DNA of 64,000 nucleotides from Waddliaceae bacterium (GTDB lineage Bacteria; Chlamydiota; Chlamydiia; Chlamydiales; SLFE01): NCBI GenBank assembly GCA_963783885.1, contig CAWAPJ010000017.1, positions 1 to 64,000 of the forward strand, read 5' to 3'. Shown piece by piece: positions 54,594 to 64,000 of this stretch (position 1 is its first letter; each line of letters starts with the position of its first letter). The notes under the pieces were generated by a model. It saw only the letters and a program-made list of their open reading frames with translations, ran no database searches and was not told where the DNA came from. The position numbers and the translations under genes were made by a program.

Positions 54594-54914
54594 ATGACAG
54601 AATTTATTGAGATCCATTGGACTGCTGGAAGTATAGACGAGGCAAGGCGCGTTTGCCGCTATTTGATTCAAGAGAGGCTGGCCGCCTGCGCGCAAATCGT
54701 TCCCTGGATCGAGTCGGTCTATATGTGGAACAATCAGCTCGAGACGTCGCAGGAGAGCAAAATTACTCTGAAAACCACTTCGGAACACTATCCCAAAATC
54801 AAAGAAGTAATTTTGAAAAACAGCTCCTATGAGGTCCCTGAAATCACTGTTGTCCAGATCCTGGAGGGCAATGAGGAGTATTTGTCTTGGATTAAAGAAT
54901 CGATTTCTGTATAA
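54594..54914 (+). CDS. cutA: divalent-cation tolerance protein CutA
   Basis: LAACAQI, SVYMW, SYEVPEI, GNEEYLSWI; AGGAGG RBS. Confidence 0.92.
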   Translation: MTEFIEIHWTAGSIDEARRVCRYLIQERLAACAQIVPWIESVYMWNNQLETSQESKITLKTTSEHYPKIKEVILKNSSYEVPEITVVQILEGNEEYLSWIKESISV

Positions 54915-54944
54915 CTGTCAAAACATTTATGAGCAGGAGCGGCA

Positions 54945-56288
54945 ATGGAACCCGTTTCCAGAAAGCAGCGGATAGATCATCTTTACAACCTCTTTTCCCC
55001 TGAAGAACAGGGCGGCAGATCTAAATTGTCTGACACAGTTCATCACATTGAAAATAACATCAAGAAATCAACGAGAACACGACGTTTCAGATCGGACAGT
55101 CTTTATCTGCATCCCAAAGTAGATAATGTTGGATACCATGTTCTGGTAACCAATAGAAAAAGCAAAGACCCTCGAATATACATACTTCCCAAGACTAAGG
55201 AAATTGGTGAAGGGATATTTAAAGTTGTGAGAATCGGCTTTGATTATCATACATGCACGCGGGTAGCTTCAGCAACATTGAAGGAAAATGTAGAAGAAGC
55301 AAAAAAGGAATTTAAGCTTTTGAAACGATTCGGTGTGGCTTTGGATTATGGGGTCTATAGTCACGAGAAACAAAAAAAAGTAAAAATTATCATGCGTCTT
55401 GGAAACATGGGGAATCTTGAATCTCTCATTTATCCTGAAAACAGGTCTTGTTATCAACAGTTGTCGCGTGAGCAAAGAATCGAGCTCTTGACAAGTATGT
55501 TGAGCGAGGTAAAGAAAATTCATGAGTCCGATTATGTCATAGCCGATCTTAAGGTTCCTAATATCGTGTGGAATCAAGATAACAAGGGTCATATAAAAGC
55601 GTTTATTTGCGATATGGGCTTGAGCTATCACATAACAGAAAAAAACAAAAGGTTGCGCGGAACTCCTCAGACAATAGCTCCTGAAATTGTCGAGAAAAAA
55701 TTAGGCCTTGATAAAACAATTGGCAAACCTGTGGATATTTTTGCTTTGGGATTTATACTTTGGTCTGTATTTGTCGGCGGGACGCCTCCGTGGCTGAAAA
55801 TCTGTGAGAGATTGGCTATTAGTAACATGTCGCTTTTAGAACCCACCTTTTATGAATCATGCTGGGATGCTTTTAAAGCGCCGGTGGAGTCATTGGAGTT
55901 TTTCATTCATCAAATGATGCACCCTGACCAAAAGAAGAGGCCTGAGATTAAAAAGGTGTTGGCGAATCTTGGAGGGAAGGATCCTCAAGAGCTTTTGGAT
56001 AAAAAGTGCGGCGGGATAAGATTGATGTCTCATTCCGAAACGATTCAGTCTATCAAATTGTTTTTATCAGACATAGACGAAAGAAATTCGGAATATTTAA
56101 AACCCCTCACCAGCTATTATTTTTTGTCAGAGGATAAGGAAGATGAAAATTCTGTGATGATTGTTTATTTTACAAATGAGGAGGGAGAATATAGTGAAGT
56201 CTCTCTTAGAAATGATGTCAACAAAGTGAAGCAGGTTCTTGCGTGGTTAGGTTCTATGGACTGTCTCAATTATTGGCAATATATTTAG
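54945..56288 (+). CDS. eukaryotic-type Ser/Thr protein kinase; candidate effector
   Basis: IGEGIFKVV, IADLKVPNI, ICDMGLS, GTPQTIAPE, VDIFALG, HPDQKKRP. Confidence 0.85.
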   Translation: MEPVSRKQRIDHLYNLFSPEEQGGRSKLSDTVHHIENNIKKSTRTRRFRSDSLYLHPKVDNVGYHVLVTNRKSKDPRIYILPKTKEIGEGIFKVVRIGFDYHTCTRVASATLKENVEEAKKEFKLLKRFGVALDYGVYSHEKQKKVKIIMRLGNMGNLESLIYPENRSCYQQLSREQRIELLTSMLSEVKKIHESDYVIADLKVPNIVWNQDNKGHIKAFICDMGLSYHITEKNKRLRGTPQTIAPEIVEKKLGLDKTIGKPVDIFALGFILWSVFVGGTPPWLKICERLAISNMSLLEPTFYESCWDAFKAPVESLEFFIHQMMHPDQKKRPEIKKVLANLGGKDPQELLDKKCGGIRLMSHSETIQSIKLFLSDIDERNSEYLKPLTSYYFLSEDKEDENSVMIVYFTNEEGEYSEVSLRNDVNKVKQVLAWLGSMDCLNYWQYI

Positions 56289-56368
56289 TCGCCCCTGAAT
56301 TCTTTGTGTCTTTGAGTCTTTGTGTTTCACCCATATTTTTAGAAAGCCGTTTGGTTATTTTGCATGTA

Positions 56369-58807
56369 TTATCTTGTGATCAATTTCTTTGAAGCAGATG
56401 CTGTGGGGGTGTTTGCTTGCAGTATCTTTGCGGGCGGGCCTTGAAAGATAAGTTTTCCTCCAAGTGGTCCTCCCCCGGGGCCAAGCTCCAGCAGCCAGTC
56501 AGCTTGAACGAGAATGTCGAGATTGTGTTCGATGACGAACACAGAATGACCCGCCGATACGAGGCGTCTTAGGATTTTTATCAGCTTCGATACGTCGTGA
56601 TGATGGAGGCCTGAAGAGGGCTCGTCGAGTATATAGAGGGTTTTTTGGGGCTCTTCGGCTGCCAGATCGGCAATGAGTTTCAACCGTTGAATCTCTCCTG
56701 AAGAGAGGGTGTCAAAACGCTGCCCTAAGGTGAGATATCCCAGGCCGAGGTCGTTCATCAGTTTGAGTTTCCGGGAGATTGCCGGCATGTTTTGAAAAAA
56801 CTCGCCGGCTTCTTGGGCCGTCAGATTCAATACATCGGCGATAGAATGATCGTTCCAGGTCACTTGAAGGGTTTCGTAATTAAATCGTTTTCCTTTGCAC
56901 ACCTCGCAGGGAATCACGATATCGGGAATAAGTTTTAATTTGACTTCCAGCTCTCCAAGCCCTCGGCACACCTCGCACCGTCCGCCGGGTTTGTTGAGGC
57001 TGAATCTCGATGCTGTATAGCCCCTCGCGCGGGCCAGCTTGGCGGAAGCAAACAGCGACCGCAAAGCATTCATGACGTGGATATAGGTCGCGGGGATCGA
57101 CCGTTTTGTGATGCCCGCGGGTCGCTGCAGGGCTAATGAGAGTTTTTCTATGGATTCATAACCCTCTAAATCGGGACAGGGGACGCCATCCCTTTTCCAT
57201 TTTTCCAGCCTTTTGGCTACGATGTCCATTGCCAAAGTGGATTTTCCTGATCCCGACACGCCGCAGATTCCCACAAAAGAATTTAAGGGGATGCTTGCGG
57301 AAAAATTTTGCAAATTGTGGCAGCTTGCCGAAACTAGCGTGAGCGCGGGTTTGGTTTTTTCTTTTTTTTCTTCTGGAAAAGTGAGAGGCGTTGAAAGCCA
57401 TTTTCCCGTCAGGGATTTTTTATCTTTTAAAAGCTGCTGGATGGTTCCCTGGAAAACAAGCTCGCCGCCATTTTGTCCCGAACCGGGCCCGATTTCTAAA
57501 ATTTGATCGCTCATGGAAATGATTTGCCTGTCGTGTTCGACAATAAGGACAGTATTGCCGATTTCTTGGAGATTGCGAAGAACCTGGCAAAGCTTGCCGA
57601 TATCTTGCGGGTGGAGGCCTCTTGAAGGTTCGTCCAATACATACAAAATCCCCGAAAGCCCCGCTCCGATAAGGGAGGCAAGCTGAACTCTTTTGGCTTC
57701 GCCTTCGCTGAGTGTTTTGAATTCGCGAAGAAGTTCCAGATAGCCGAGACCTACTTGGTTCAGCAATTGAAGACGGGAGGTAATTTCGGGTACGAGCTCA
57801 TCGGCGATGGATTTTTCACTTCCTTCAAACTCCCATGAGTGGATTTCTTGCAGGAGGTTGTCGACTGAGAGGCTGTCTAATTGTTGGATGTTTTGATTTT
57901 TGATTTTGCAAAACAGGCTTTCAGGCTTGAGCTTCCCTCCATGGCAGCTAGGACAGATATCACCGTCAATTGTTCCTTTGCCCCTGCATCTTGGGCAGGC
58001 GCCCAACGGCGAGTTGAAATTAAAATCGGCCGGGGTGAGAGGAGAGAATTTCAGACCTGATTCGGGGCAGAGATAAATTTCGGTATAATAGCGAATGGGT
58101 CCCGTTTTTCCTTCCTGGACTTTCAATATGCCCTGGCTCAGTTCGATAGCAGTTTCAACAGATCCCGAAAGCCGGTCGCGTACTCCGCTTTTCATCTGAA
58201 GGCGATCGACAACAACTTCCAGCTCCTTGCCTTGAATATCCGGGTTTTCGGGATCGACTTCCTCGCCGTCTATCCGAATCCTGATGAATCCGGATTTATA
58301 GAGCCTCTCGGCAGCATCTTTAATGGTCTCGTGTTCAAGAGTAATGGGGGCAAAAAGCTGAATTTTGCTTCCTTCGGGATAGTCTTTGAGGATCTCTTCG
58401 ACAATTACGTTGCGGGGGAATCGGTGCAGGGGCTTTCCGGTAGCCGGGCTGTGCTGCCTGCCAATTTTTGCATAGAGGATAGCCAGAAAATCGTAGATAT
58501 CGGTCTCTGTCGAGACTGTTGCCGAGGGGTGAAAGGACGCTTTGCTGTGGCCGATGGATAGTGTCGGAGAGAGTCCTTCGATTTTTTCCACGTCGGGTTT
58601 TGGCATCTGTTTGATTCGGGAGCGGATGTCGGGAGACAGGTACTCCATAAAACGCCTCTGTCCTTCGGCGTAAAGAGTGTCAAAGGCTAGCGAGGACTTT
58701 CCCGATCCGCTAACGCCCGTGATCGCGACGACACAATTTTTTGGGAGCTGGACGGAGAGATTTTTTAAATTATTTTGTTTGCATTTTTTCAGAATTAGAT
58801 GATTCAT
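56369..58807 (-). CDS. uvrA: excinuclease ABC subunit A, compact divergent form
   Basis: NNLKNL, TGVSGSGKSSLAFDTLYAEGQRR, LDEPS.GLH (twice), GVSGSGKST, FSLN..GGRCEVC.G, CEVCKGKRFN; start MNHLILKK. Confidence 0.88.
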   Translation of the reverse strand: MNHLILKKCKQNNLKNLSVQLPKNCVVAITGVSGSGKSSLAFDTLYAEGQRRFMEYLSPDIRSRIKQMPKPDVEKIEGLSPTLSIGHSKASFHPSATVSTETDIYDFLAILYAKIGRQHSPATGKPLHRFPRNVIVEEILKDYPEGSKIQLFAPITLEHETIKDAAERLYKSGFIRIRIDGEEVDPENPDIQGKELEVVVDRLQMKSGVRDRLSGSVETAIELSQGILKVQEGKTGPIRYYTEIYLCPESGLKFSPLTPADFNFNSPLGACPRCRGKGTIDGDICPSCHGGKLKPESLFCKIKNQNIQQLDSLSVDNLLQEIHSWEFEGSEKSIADELVPEITSRLQLLNQVGLGYLELLREFKTLSEGEAKRVQLASLIGAGLSGILYVLDEPSRGLHPQDIGKLCQVLRNLQEIGNTVLIVEHDRQIISMSDQILEIGPGSGQNGGELVFQGTIQQLLKDKKSLTGKWLSTPLTFPEEKKEKTKPALTLVSASCHNLQNFSASIPLNSFVGICGVSGSGKSTLAMDIVAKRLEKWKRDGVPCPDLEGYESIEKLSLALQRPAGITKRSIPATYIHVMNALRSLFASAKLARARGYTASRFSLNKPGGRCEVCRGLGELEVKLKLIPDIVIPCEVCKGKRFNYETLQVTWNDHSIADVLNLTAQEAGEFFQNMPAISRKLKLMNDLGLGYLTLGQRFDTLSSGEIQRLKLIADLAAEEPQKTLYILDEPSSGLHHHDVSKLIKILRRLVSAGHSVFVIEHNLDILVQADWLLELGPGGGPLGGKLIFQGPPAKILQANTPTASASKKLITR

Positions 58808-59162
58808 AAGGAAGCAGTTCGTATTGCGTCTTGCAGTTTTCAAGATCGCAGGTGACTCTATAGGGAAGATTATGGCGATTTCTGGCAAAAAAGACCAGCT
58901 TCCCTTCTTCTTTCTTTGGTTTGTCGATACTTGAAGTGTCAAAAATGCCGAAGTCGGAAATCCTGGGCTGGAGATTCCATTCTTGGTTTTCTTGAGAGAT
59001 GCGCTTTTTGTATTGCCGGCAAAAGGAGTCGGGATTTTTAATTAAACTGTAGCCTGATTCCCTTAAAACGTTAGCGGCAATATCTTCAAGCACACCTGCT
59101 TGAGACGATTTTTGAGCAGGTGAAGGGACATAATTTTGGATACGGGTTTCAGTGGATATCAT
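58770..59162 (-). CDS. hypothetical protein (130 aa)
   Basis: ATG with a GAGGG RBS; lies between co-directional genes. Confidence 0.55.
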   Translation of the reverse strand: MISTETRIQNYVPSPAQKSSQAGVLEDIAANVLRESGYSLIKNPDSFCRQYKKRISQENQEWNLQPRISDFGIFDTSSIDKPKKEEGKLVFFARNRHNLPYRVTCDLENCKTQYELLPYESSNSEKMQTK

Positions 59163-59188
59163 ATTTCCCTCTCATATGCCGGATTGTA

Positions 59189-60001
59189 TTACAATCTCAA
59201 GTAATTTTTTTCCGCAAGATCCCAATTAAAAAGAACTCTTTTATCTTCATCTTTATCATATCTGACTTGTACTCTGAGATATGGATAGGGATGCCTGTTA
59301 TCGAAGTCCCTCCCTTCACCTGGCCCGTATATTTTGATATAGATTTCCTTATTGTACCACGGAAGGGTGGAAACATCGATGTCTTCCTTTCTATATCTTT
59401 GAAAATCAGTATATTCTTTGGAATAATGGGGTAAGCGATAATAGTCCATCAAAAGCCTGGCGACTTTTTCCGGTTCATATTCCATTCCTTGGATATAAAA
59501 AGCGGCCTCGGCTCCTATCATATGCTTAGAAATTGTGCTCTGTCCTTCGGCACGGGCATATTGATGGTGCTTCGGGCATCTGTGCCCTGTTGTGATGACG
59601 ACTTTCCGGTGGGTGGTTTCCTGAAGATAGTTCATTAAGTCGATGAGTATAGGGTAGATAAACTCTTTTCCGTTTTTTAGAGGAAGGCTGTGGCTTGCCG
59701 CCCCGCCGCAGTCCTCCACCCTTGACCGGCCAATGATCCTGGGCGGGTTCATCATGCTCCCATTGCAGCAAAAATAGTCTTTTGTGATTGGGGGAAACGG
59801 GGTCTTGCTTTCCGTTTCCCAAACATACCTTGGCAGGTCTTTTTTTTGCGGAGGCAAAGCGGTCCAATGCCTGTCGCTGTGAAGCCTCTCGATAAATTCC
59901 GCTTCCTGATGATTTTTAGGTTGCTCCGATAAATTGTCGCACCCCGAAAATAGGAGTAGCAAATACAATAGAGCAATACATCTTGACTTGAGCGCCATCA
60001 T
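59189..60001 (-). CDS. conserved chlamydial lipoprotein with degenerate peptidase M15-like motifs
   Basis: Lipobox FSG-C; ITTGHRCPKH and SKHMIG resemble M15A SGYRC / SxHxxG; divergent from the HAD gene. Confidence 0.6.
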   Translation of the reverse strand: MMALKSRCIALLYLLLLFSGCDNLSEQPKNHQEAEFIERLHSDRHWTALPPQKKDLPRYVWETESKTPFPPITKDYFCCNGSMMNPPRIIGRSRVEDCGGAASHSLPLKNGKEFIYPILIDLMNYLQETTHRKVVITTGHRCPKHHQYARAEGQSTISKHMIGAEAAFYIQGMEYEPEKVARLLMDYYRLPHYSKEYTDFQRYRKEDIDVSTLPWYNKEIYIKIYGPGEGRDFDNRHPYPYLRVQVRYDKDEDKRVLFNWDLAEKNYLRL

Positions 60002-60033
60002 ATGGGATTTTATAACATTTAGGAGATTTTCAT

Positions 60034-60717
60034 ATGCAATGGATTCATGATTACGATCTCTTTCTTTTTGATTTTGACGGCTTGCTTGTCAATACCGAAG
60101 AACTTCATTTTCGGGCTTATAAGGAAATGTGCGAAAGATTCGGGTTTGATCTTGACTGGAGTTTCCAGCAATACGCCGAGATCGCCCACATTAGCTCCCA
60201 GGGACTTCGAGAGGAAATCTATAAAAAATTCCCCGCTCTTGCGGCCAGCCACCCCCATTGGGATGTATTGTATCAGGAAAAAACCCTGAGTTACCTCGAT
60301 CTATTGAGGCAAGGAGAAGTTCAGCTGATGCCGGGTGTCGGCGAGTTTTTGCACGAGATCGTCAAACGGCACAAAAAAACTTGCGTGGTCACAAATTCCA
60401 GCAGGCAAATGGTAGAAGCGATCATCGACTGCCATCCTGCTCTTCAACTTATCGATGCATGGGTGACCCGGGAAGATTACGACAAACCGAAGCCCGATCC
60501 CGAATGCTATATCAAAGCCATCAGGGAATTCATTTCGGAAGAAGGAAAAGCCATCGGGTTCGAGGACTCCCCCCGCGGATTGCAGGCTCTTCTAAATTCG
60601 GACGCTGCCGCTGTCCTCATCACGGAAATCGAGTATCCGACGCTATCTGAACTGATGGATGAGAGGGTCAGGCGCTTCCATTCATTTAACGACTTGCTCC
60701 TCAATACAAGACTTTGA
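60034..60717 (+). CDS. HAD-family phosphatase
   Basis: FDFDGLLVNTE, VTNS, KPDPECY, FEDSPRG. Confidence 0.9.
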   Translation: MQWIHDYDLFLFDFDGLLVNTEELHFRAYKEMCERFGFDLDWSFQQYAEIAHISSQGLREEIYKKFPALAASHPHWDVLYQEKTLSYLDLLRQGEVQLMPGVGEFLHEIVKRHKKTCVVTNSSRQMVEAIIDCHPALQLIDAWVTREDYDKPKPDPECYIKAIREFISEEGKAIGFEDSPRGLQALLNSDAAAVLITEIEYPTLSELMDERVRRFHSFNDLLLNTRL

Positions 60718-61453
60718 CAAGGAAAAGACCGGTAGGAGGGGCCGCTTTGCTTGCATAGCGCCTGTCTTTTTTTTCGAAAACTTTCTCGATGTCTTCAAGG
60801 GACCTTTTTCCCGACGCGATATCGAGAAGCATGCCCACAATGTTCCTGACCATTTTATAGAGAAAACCATCGGCTTCGAATTCCAGCCTGACGCCCCCCT
60901 CTTGCTCGATGACATCGAGCCGTTTGATTGTGCGGACGGGATTTTTTGCCGCTGAGCCTTCTGCCGCGGAATTGGCAAAGGATGTGAAGTCGTGCGTTCC
61001 GATAAATTTTGCCGCGGCTTTTTTAAGGAGGTCCACGTCAAGGGGCTTGGCAAAATAAGTGGTATAGAGGCGGTTCATGGGGCTTTGGACTTTCTTCAGC
61101 CAAAGATGGTAGTGATAGATTTTCCCTTTTGCTGAATATCTTGCGTGAAAATCGTCATCGACTCTGCTGATTTCGAGCACGCGGATATCCCGAGGAAGCA
61201 GGCCGTTGGCAGCGGCCATAAAGCGTCTTGTATCGATCTCTTTGGAGACCGAAAAATGGGCCGTTTGACCGAGGGCGTGAACACCGGCGTCGGTTCTCCC
61301 CGACCCGACGATCCACACCTCTTCTTGGAGGAATTTTTCGAGGGTTTTTTTTAGAGTTTCCTGAATCGACGGAGCATCAGGCTGCACCTGCCAACCGCTA
61401 TAGCAGGTTCCGTCGTATTGGAGAATGAGTTTATATTTAATTTGCTCTGACAT
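60701..61453 (-). CDS. truA: tRNA pseudouridine(38-40) synthase
   Basis: YDGT.YSGWQ, GSGRTDAGVHA, FHARYSA, GTHDFTSF, GFLYKMVRNIVG. Confidence 0.96.
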   Translation of the reverse strand: MSEQIKYKLILQYDGTCYSGWQVQPDAPSIQETLKKTLEKFLQEEVWIVGSGRTDAGVHALGQTAHFSVSKEIDTRRFMAAANGLLPRDIRVLEISRVDDDFHARYSAKGKIYHYHLWLKKVQSPMNRLYTTYFAKPLDVDLLKKAAAKFIGTHDFTSFANSAAEGSAAKNPVRTIKRLDVIEQEGGVRLEFEADGFLYKMVRNIVGMLLDIASGKRSLEDIEKVFEKKDRRYASKAAPPTGLFLVKVLY

Positions 61454-62093
61454 AACTTTCCGCGAGAGTCAAATCTTCGTTTGTTGTGATTTTTATATTC
61501 ATATAAGACCCTGTGACAAGTTTGACGGGGCGGCCCAGAATCTCGACGAGCGAGACATCGTCGGTCACAGTTAGGTTTCTTTTTTCCGCAAGTTCAAAAC
61601 CTTCGATAAGAAGCTCTTTTCTGATGACCTGCGGTGTTTGAACTTCAAAGAACCGATCTCTATCGGGAGTTTCGACAACAAAGCCGGCGCTATTGGCTTC
61701 TTTGATGGTAAATTTCAGGGGAACTCCCGGAGCGGAGGCTCCAACTTCTCTTGCGGCTTCTATCACGTCTGTTATCAACTTTGCTGTTAAAAAAGGGCGG
61801 GCGGCATCGTGAATTAAAATAGTGCCCGACTTAGGCGATGCGGCGGCCAGCCCGGACTGCACAGAATCCTGCCTTCTTTCTCCTGGATCGGCAAAGAGGA
61901 CTTTTGGGTGGGGAAAAAACGATCGGTACTTTTTATCGCAAACGACGATGACTTCGCCGATAAGCTCATGCTTGAAGAGGGTGTCGAAGCTATATTCGGC
62001 AAGAGTCATGCTCCCAAGCGGAAGAAATTGTTTGGGAGTTTCACTCTTGATGCGAGTGCCAAGCCCCCCTGCAAGTAAAATGGCACTGATCAT
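61437..62093 (-). CDS. ispD: 2-C-methyl-D-erythritol 4-phosphate cytidylyltransferase
   Basis: LAGGLGTR...PKQF, RQDSV, IHDAARP, QTPQ, VTDD, NIKITT.EDL. Confidence 0.93.
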   Translation of the reverse strand: MISAILLAGGLGTRIKSETPKQFLPLGSMTLAEYSFDTLFKHELIGEVIVVCDKKYRSFFPHPKVLFADPGERRQDSVQSGLAAASPKSGTILIHDAARPFLTAKLITDVIEAAREVGASAPGVPLKFTIKEANSAGFVVETPDRDRFFEVQTPQVIRKELLIEGFELAEKRNLTVTDDVSLVEILGRPVKLVTGSYMNIKITTNEDLTLAESYVRAN

Positions 62094-63034
62094 ACGATTC
62101 TCCTTAATTTAAATAATGTAATTTCCGGAAGCGAGCAAAGGCGAAATTTAAAGACGCTTCCGATTCCCCGATTTATATAAATGGTTTTGTGATTTTCGCG
62201 AAAAAGCCCCCGTTTGTATCGGGGATTTTCCATCAGAGTCAAACGGTTCCATAGTCCTGGCAGGTTGATTTGGGCGCCGTGCGTGTGGCCGCATAGAATC
62301 AAATCTGCCGGTTGACTTGCCAGCAAAGGGATCGTGTCGGGATTGTGGGCGAGGACAACTGTCGGACCTTTGCAGTCAAGATGGGGCTGTGCGCGTCTTA
62401 GCATATATTCTCCCAGTCCAGCAACATTGAGGGAGGAGTTTTTGACGGGAACCTGCGCTGTTTCGTTGTGCAAAAGACGAAAGGAAGTGCGTTTCAAGAG
62501 CTCCATCAAAGGGCCGTGGAAGCCTGCTTTTTTTGCGGCTTCTGAAACATTTCCGGTAATGACGGGTCGTTTGAACAAGAGTTTAAGTCCGGCGGCAACA
62601 TTGCCTTCTTTTCTCTCGATGGCATCATAGTCGCCGGTCGTTGTATTGACCAAAATGGGCCTGTCATAGTCGTGATTGCCGAGTACGGCAAAGCAGCCAT
62701 ATGGGGCGCTTAAGCTGCTGAAAAATACCTCCAGCCGGTTGGGGTCATCCATTTTCGAGTAGCAGAGAAAATCTCCGGTAAAGGCAATCAGGTCGGGTTT
62801 CAGATTTAGGATTTTTTTTGTCAGGCGCCTCAGAAAACCATCGGAGAGGGATTTGCTTAGGTGCAGGTCGCTGAACTGGGCAATGCGAAAACCGTCAAGA
62901 TCTTGCGGAAGATTTTGAATGGGGCAGTCGATTTTTGTCGTCGTCAGAAGATTGGGTTCGATATACCTTCCCCATATTCCGACGACAGAGAGGATGCATC
63001 CCAATTCCCAAGCTATGTTCAAGTGTTTAGTCAT
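62090..63034 (-). CDS. calcineurin-like metallophosphoesterase (YaeI/UPF0141 type)
   Basis: FSDLH, TGDF, LGNHD, LAHNPD, CGHTHG, NRGIG. Confidence 0.9.
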   Translation of the reverse strand: MTKHLNIAWELGCILSVVGIWGRYIEPNLLTTTKIDCPIQNLPQDLDGFRIAQFSDLHLSKSLSDGFLRRLTKKILNLKPDLIAFTGDFLCYSKMDDPNRLEVFFSSLSAPYGCFAVLGNHDYDRPILVNTTTGDYDAIERKEGNVAAGLKLLFKRPVITGNVSEAAKKAGFHGPLMELLKRTSFRLLHNETAQVPVKNSSLNVAGLGEYMLRRAQPHLDCKGPTVVLAHNPDTIPLLASQPADLILCGHTHGAQINLPGLWNRLTLMENPRYKRGLFRENHKTIYINRGIGSVFKFRLCSLPEITLFKLRRIV

Positions 63035-63062
63035 TACCGGATAAAATTATATCATAGAGAGC

Positions 63063-63102
63063 AAAAAAAATCTCCTTTAGAAAATTCATCCCAAAGGAGA
63101 TT
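63063..63102 (-). terminator. probable intrinsic terminator of the SWIB gene
   Basis: Stem AATCTCCTTT / AAAGGAGATT, followed on the minus strand by a T8 tract. Confidence 0.6.
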
Positions 63103-63124
63103 GATAGAAAATATTTTAAACGAC

Positions 63125-63409
63125 TCAAGCTCTTGCAGGCGCTTTGTCGCTGAGATGCTTGGAGACCTTTGCGGTCATTTTAAACATGTCAATCTGTTTG
63201 GAACCCAATACTTTTTTGAGTTTATCGTCAGGATTGATCATCCTTTTGTTTTTGGTGTCCTGCAGCTTGTATTTCTTGATGTAGGCCCAAAGCTTTTTAG
63301 TGACTTCCGTGCGCGGCATGGCTTTTTTGCCGACGATTTCTGCCAATTCTTCACTCGGGTAGACAGGCTTCATGAATGCAGAATTTTGCTTCTTCTTCTT
63401 AGTCATCAT
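63125..63409 (-). CDS. SWIB/MDM2-domain protein
   Basis: FMKPV.PSEELAEIVG..AMPRTEVTKKLWAYIKK..LQD..NKRMINPD.KL...IDMFKM; AGGAG RBS. Confidence 0.92.
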   Translation of the reverse strand: MMTKKKKQNSAFMKPVYPSEELAEIVGKKAMPRTEVTKKLWAYIKKYKLQDTKNKRMINPDDKLKKVLGSKQIDMFKMTAKVSKHLSDKAPARA

Positions 63410-63679
63410 TTCTCCTATTGGGTTTTTTAAGATCTTCATGCAGCCGAAAGAGGTCTGCAAAGATCCTGTTTATTGATTAAACGTTTAAGGCACTTTTTAT
63501 CCTTCTCGGTATTTTAGTGTCAAAATATTTCAACCCACTCAATTTGTGCGGATTGTAAATCATTTGTTGAAACATTGTCTATGTAATTAATATACAATAA
63601 ATTATATTTGTTTTACAGAGAGAATGTTTTTTGTGTATAAATTTTCGCTTTTACAAGAAAAGCATCCGGTGGCAAGCTG

Positions 63680-64000
63680 ATGGGCATGAAGTTCTCGGAG
63701 AAAATCCAAATTCTTTTGCCCTTGGCCCAAACTCTTTGCCGGATGGAAAAATCGGAAGAAAAAGCCGAATACCTGAAGGGCTTTTCTCCGGTGCAGAAGT
63801 ACTTAAGCGCCAATATTTTCGCGCAAGAAATATTAGATCATTTCGAGCCTCATTGCCAGGTTTCCCTTTTGTCTTTGATTGCCTTGGGAGAAGGAGATGT
63901 GCTTTTTTGCAAATTCACCTTTTCAGAAGAGGAAATCGGAGCTCTTCACGACTTGGCCGAAAGACTGGTTCATGTTGAAAAATTTTATCACGCGATTGGC
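63680..64000 (+). CDS. 5' part of a gene running off the window, possibly a UGP3-like UTP-glucose-1-phosphate uridylyltransferase
   Basis: Frame not in the ORF track, open to the edge: MGMKFSEKIQILLPLAQTL...SLIALGEG...LVHVEKFYHAIG. The E.FY..IG end recalls the UGP3-type N-terminal motif. Confidence 0.45.
   Translation, partial: MGMKFSEKIQILLPLAQTLCRMEKSEEKAEYLKGFSPVQKYLSANIFAQEILDHFEPHCQVSLLSLIALGEGDVLFCKFTFSEEEIGALHDLAERLVHVEKFYHAIG

Noticed and set aside
63125-63409. SWIB-domain protein as a novel eukaryote-like gene
   Set aside because: Standalone SWIB proteins in this gene context are already known in Chlamydiae.
63631-63978. 115-aa ORF from the track
   Set aside because: A different frame starting at 63680 stays open to the window edge and looks more protein-like.

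Overview
This is a bacterial chromosomal window from an environmental member of the phylum Chlamydiae (Parachlamydiales-like). The call rests on a fused murC-ddl inside a murF-mraY-murD-nlpD-ftsW-murG-(murC/ddl)-ftsQ cluster without ftsZ, the SWIB-metallophosphoesterase-ispD-truA-HAD block, and a groEL paralog with no adjacent groES. The housekeeping backbone (xerC, rnz, lon, tsaB, rlmN, rsmI, tRNA-Cys, nadC, dcw genes, uvrA, truA, ispD) is interrupted by AT-rich accessory genes that look like host-directed effectors. The most striking locus is 24.5-29.6 kb. There a MavL/DUF4804-like ADP-ribosylhydrolase lies tail-to-tail with an operon encoding an S-HxxxE (LnaB/Ntox11-like) AMPylase, a 66-aa protein and an R-S-ExE mono-ADP-ribosyltransferase, a candidate compact writer/converter/eraser ADP-ribosylation module. 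An intact IS982 element (20-bp TIRs, CAATG duplication, long internal stem-loops) has clipped the last 10 codons off the hydrolase. Other notable items: a RasGEF-domain protein plus a truncated tandem paralog inserted between murG and murC; a kinase with WNK-like lysine placement; a ~229-triplet GxT collagen coupled to an outer-membrane beta-barrel gene; an exported caspase-family protein; a frameshifted tandem 2H-phosphoesterase gene; a broken Panacea/RelE-like TA pair; and a ~170-bp palindromic element. All family calls come from motif recognition by eye; no database search was run.
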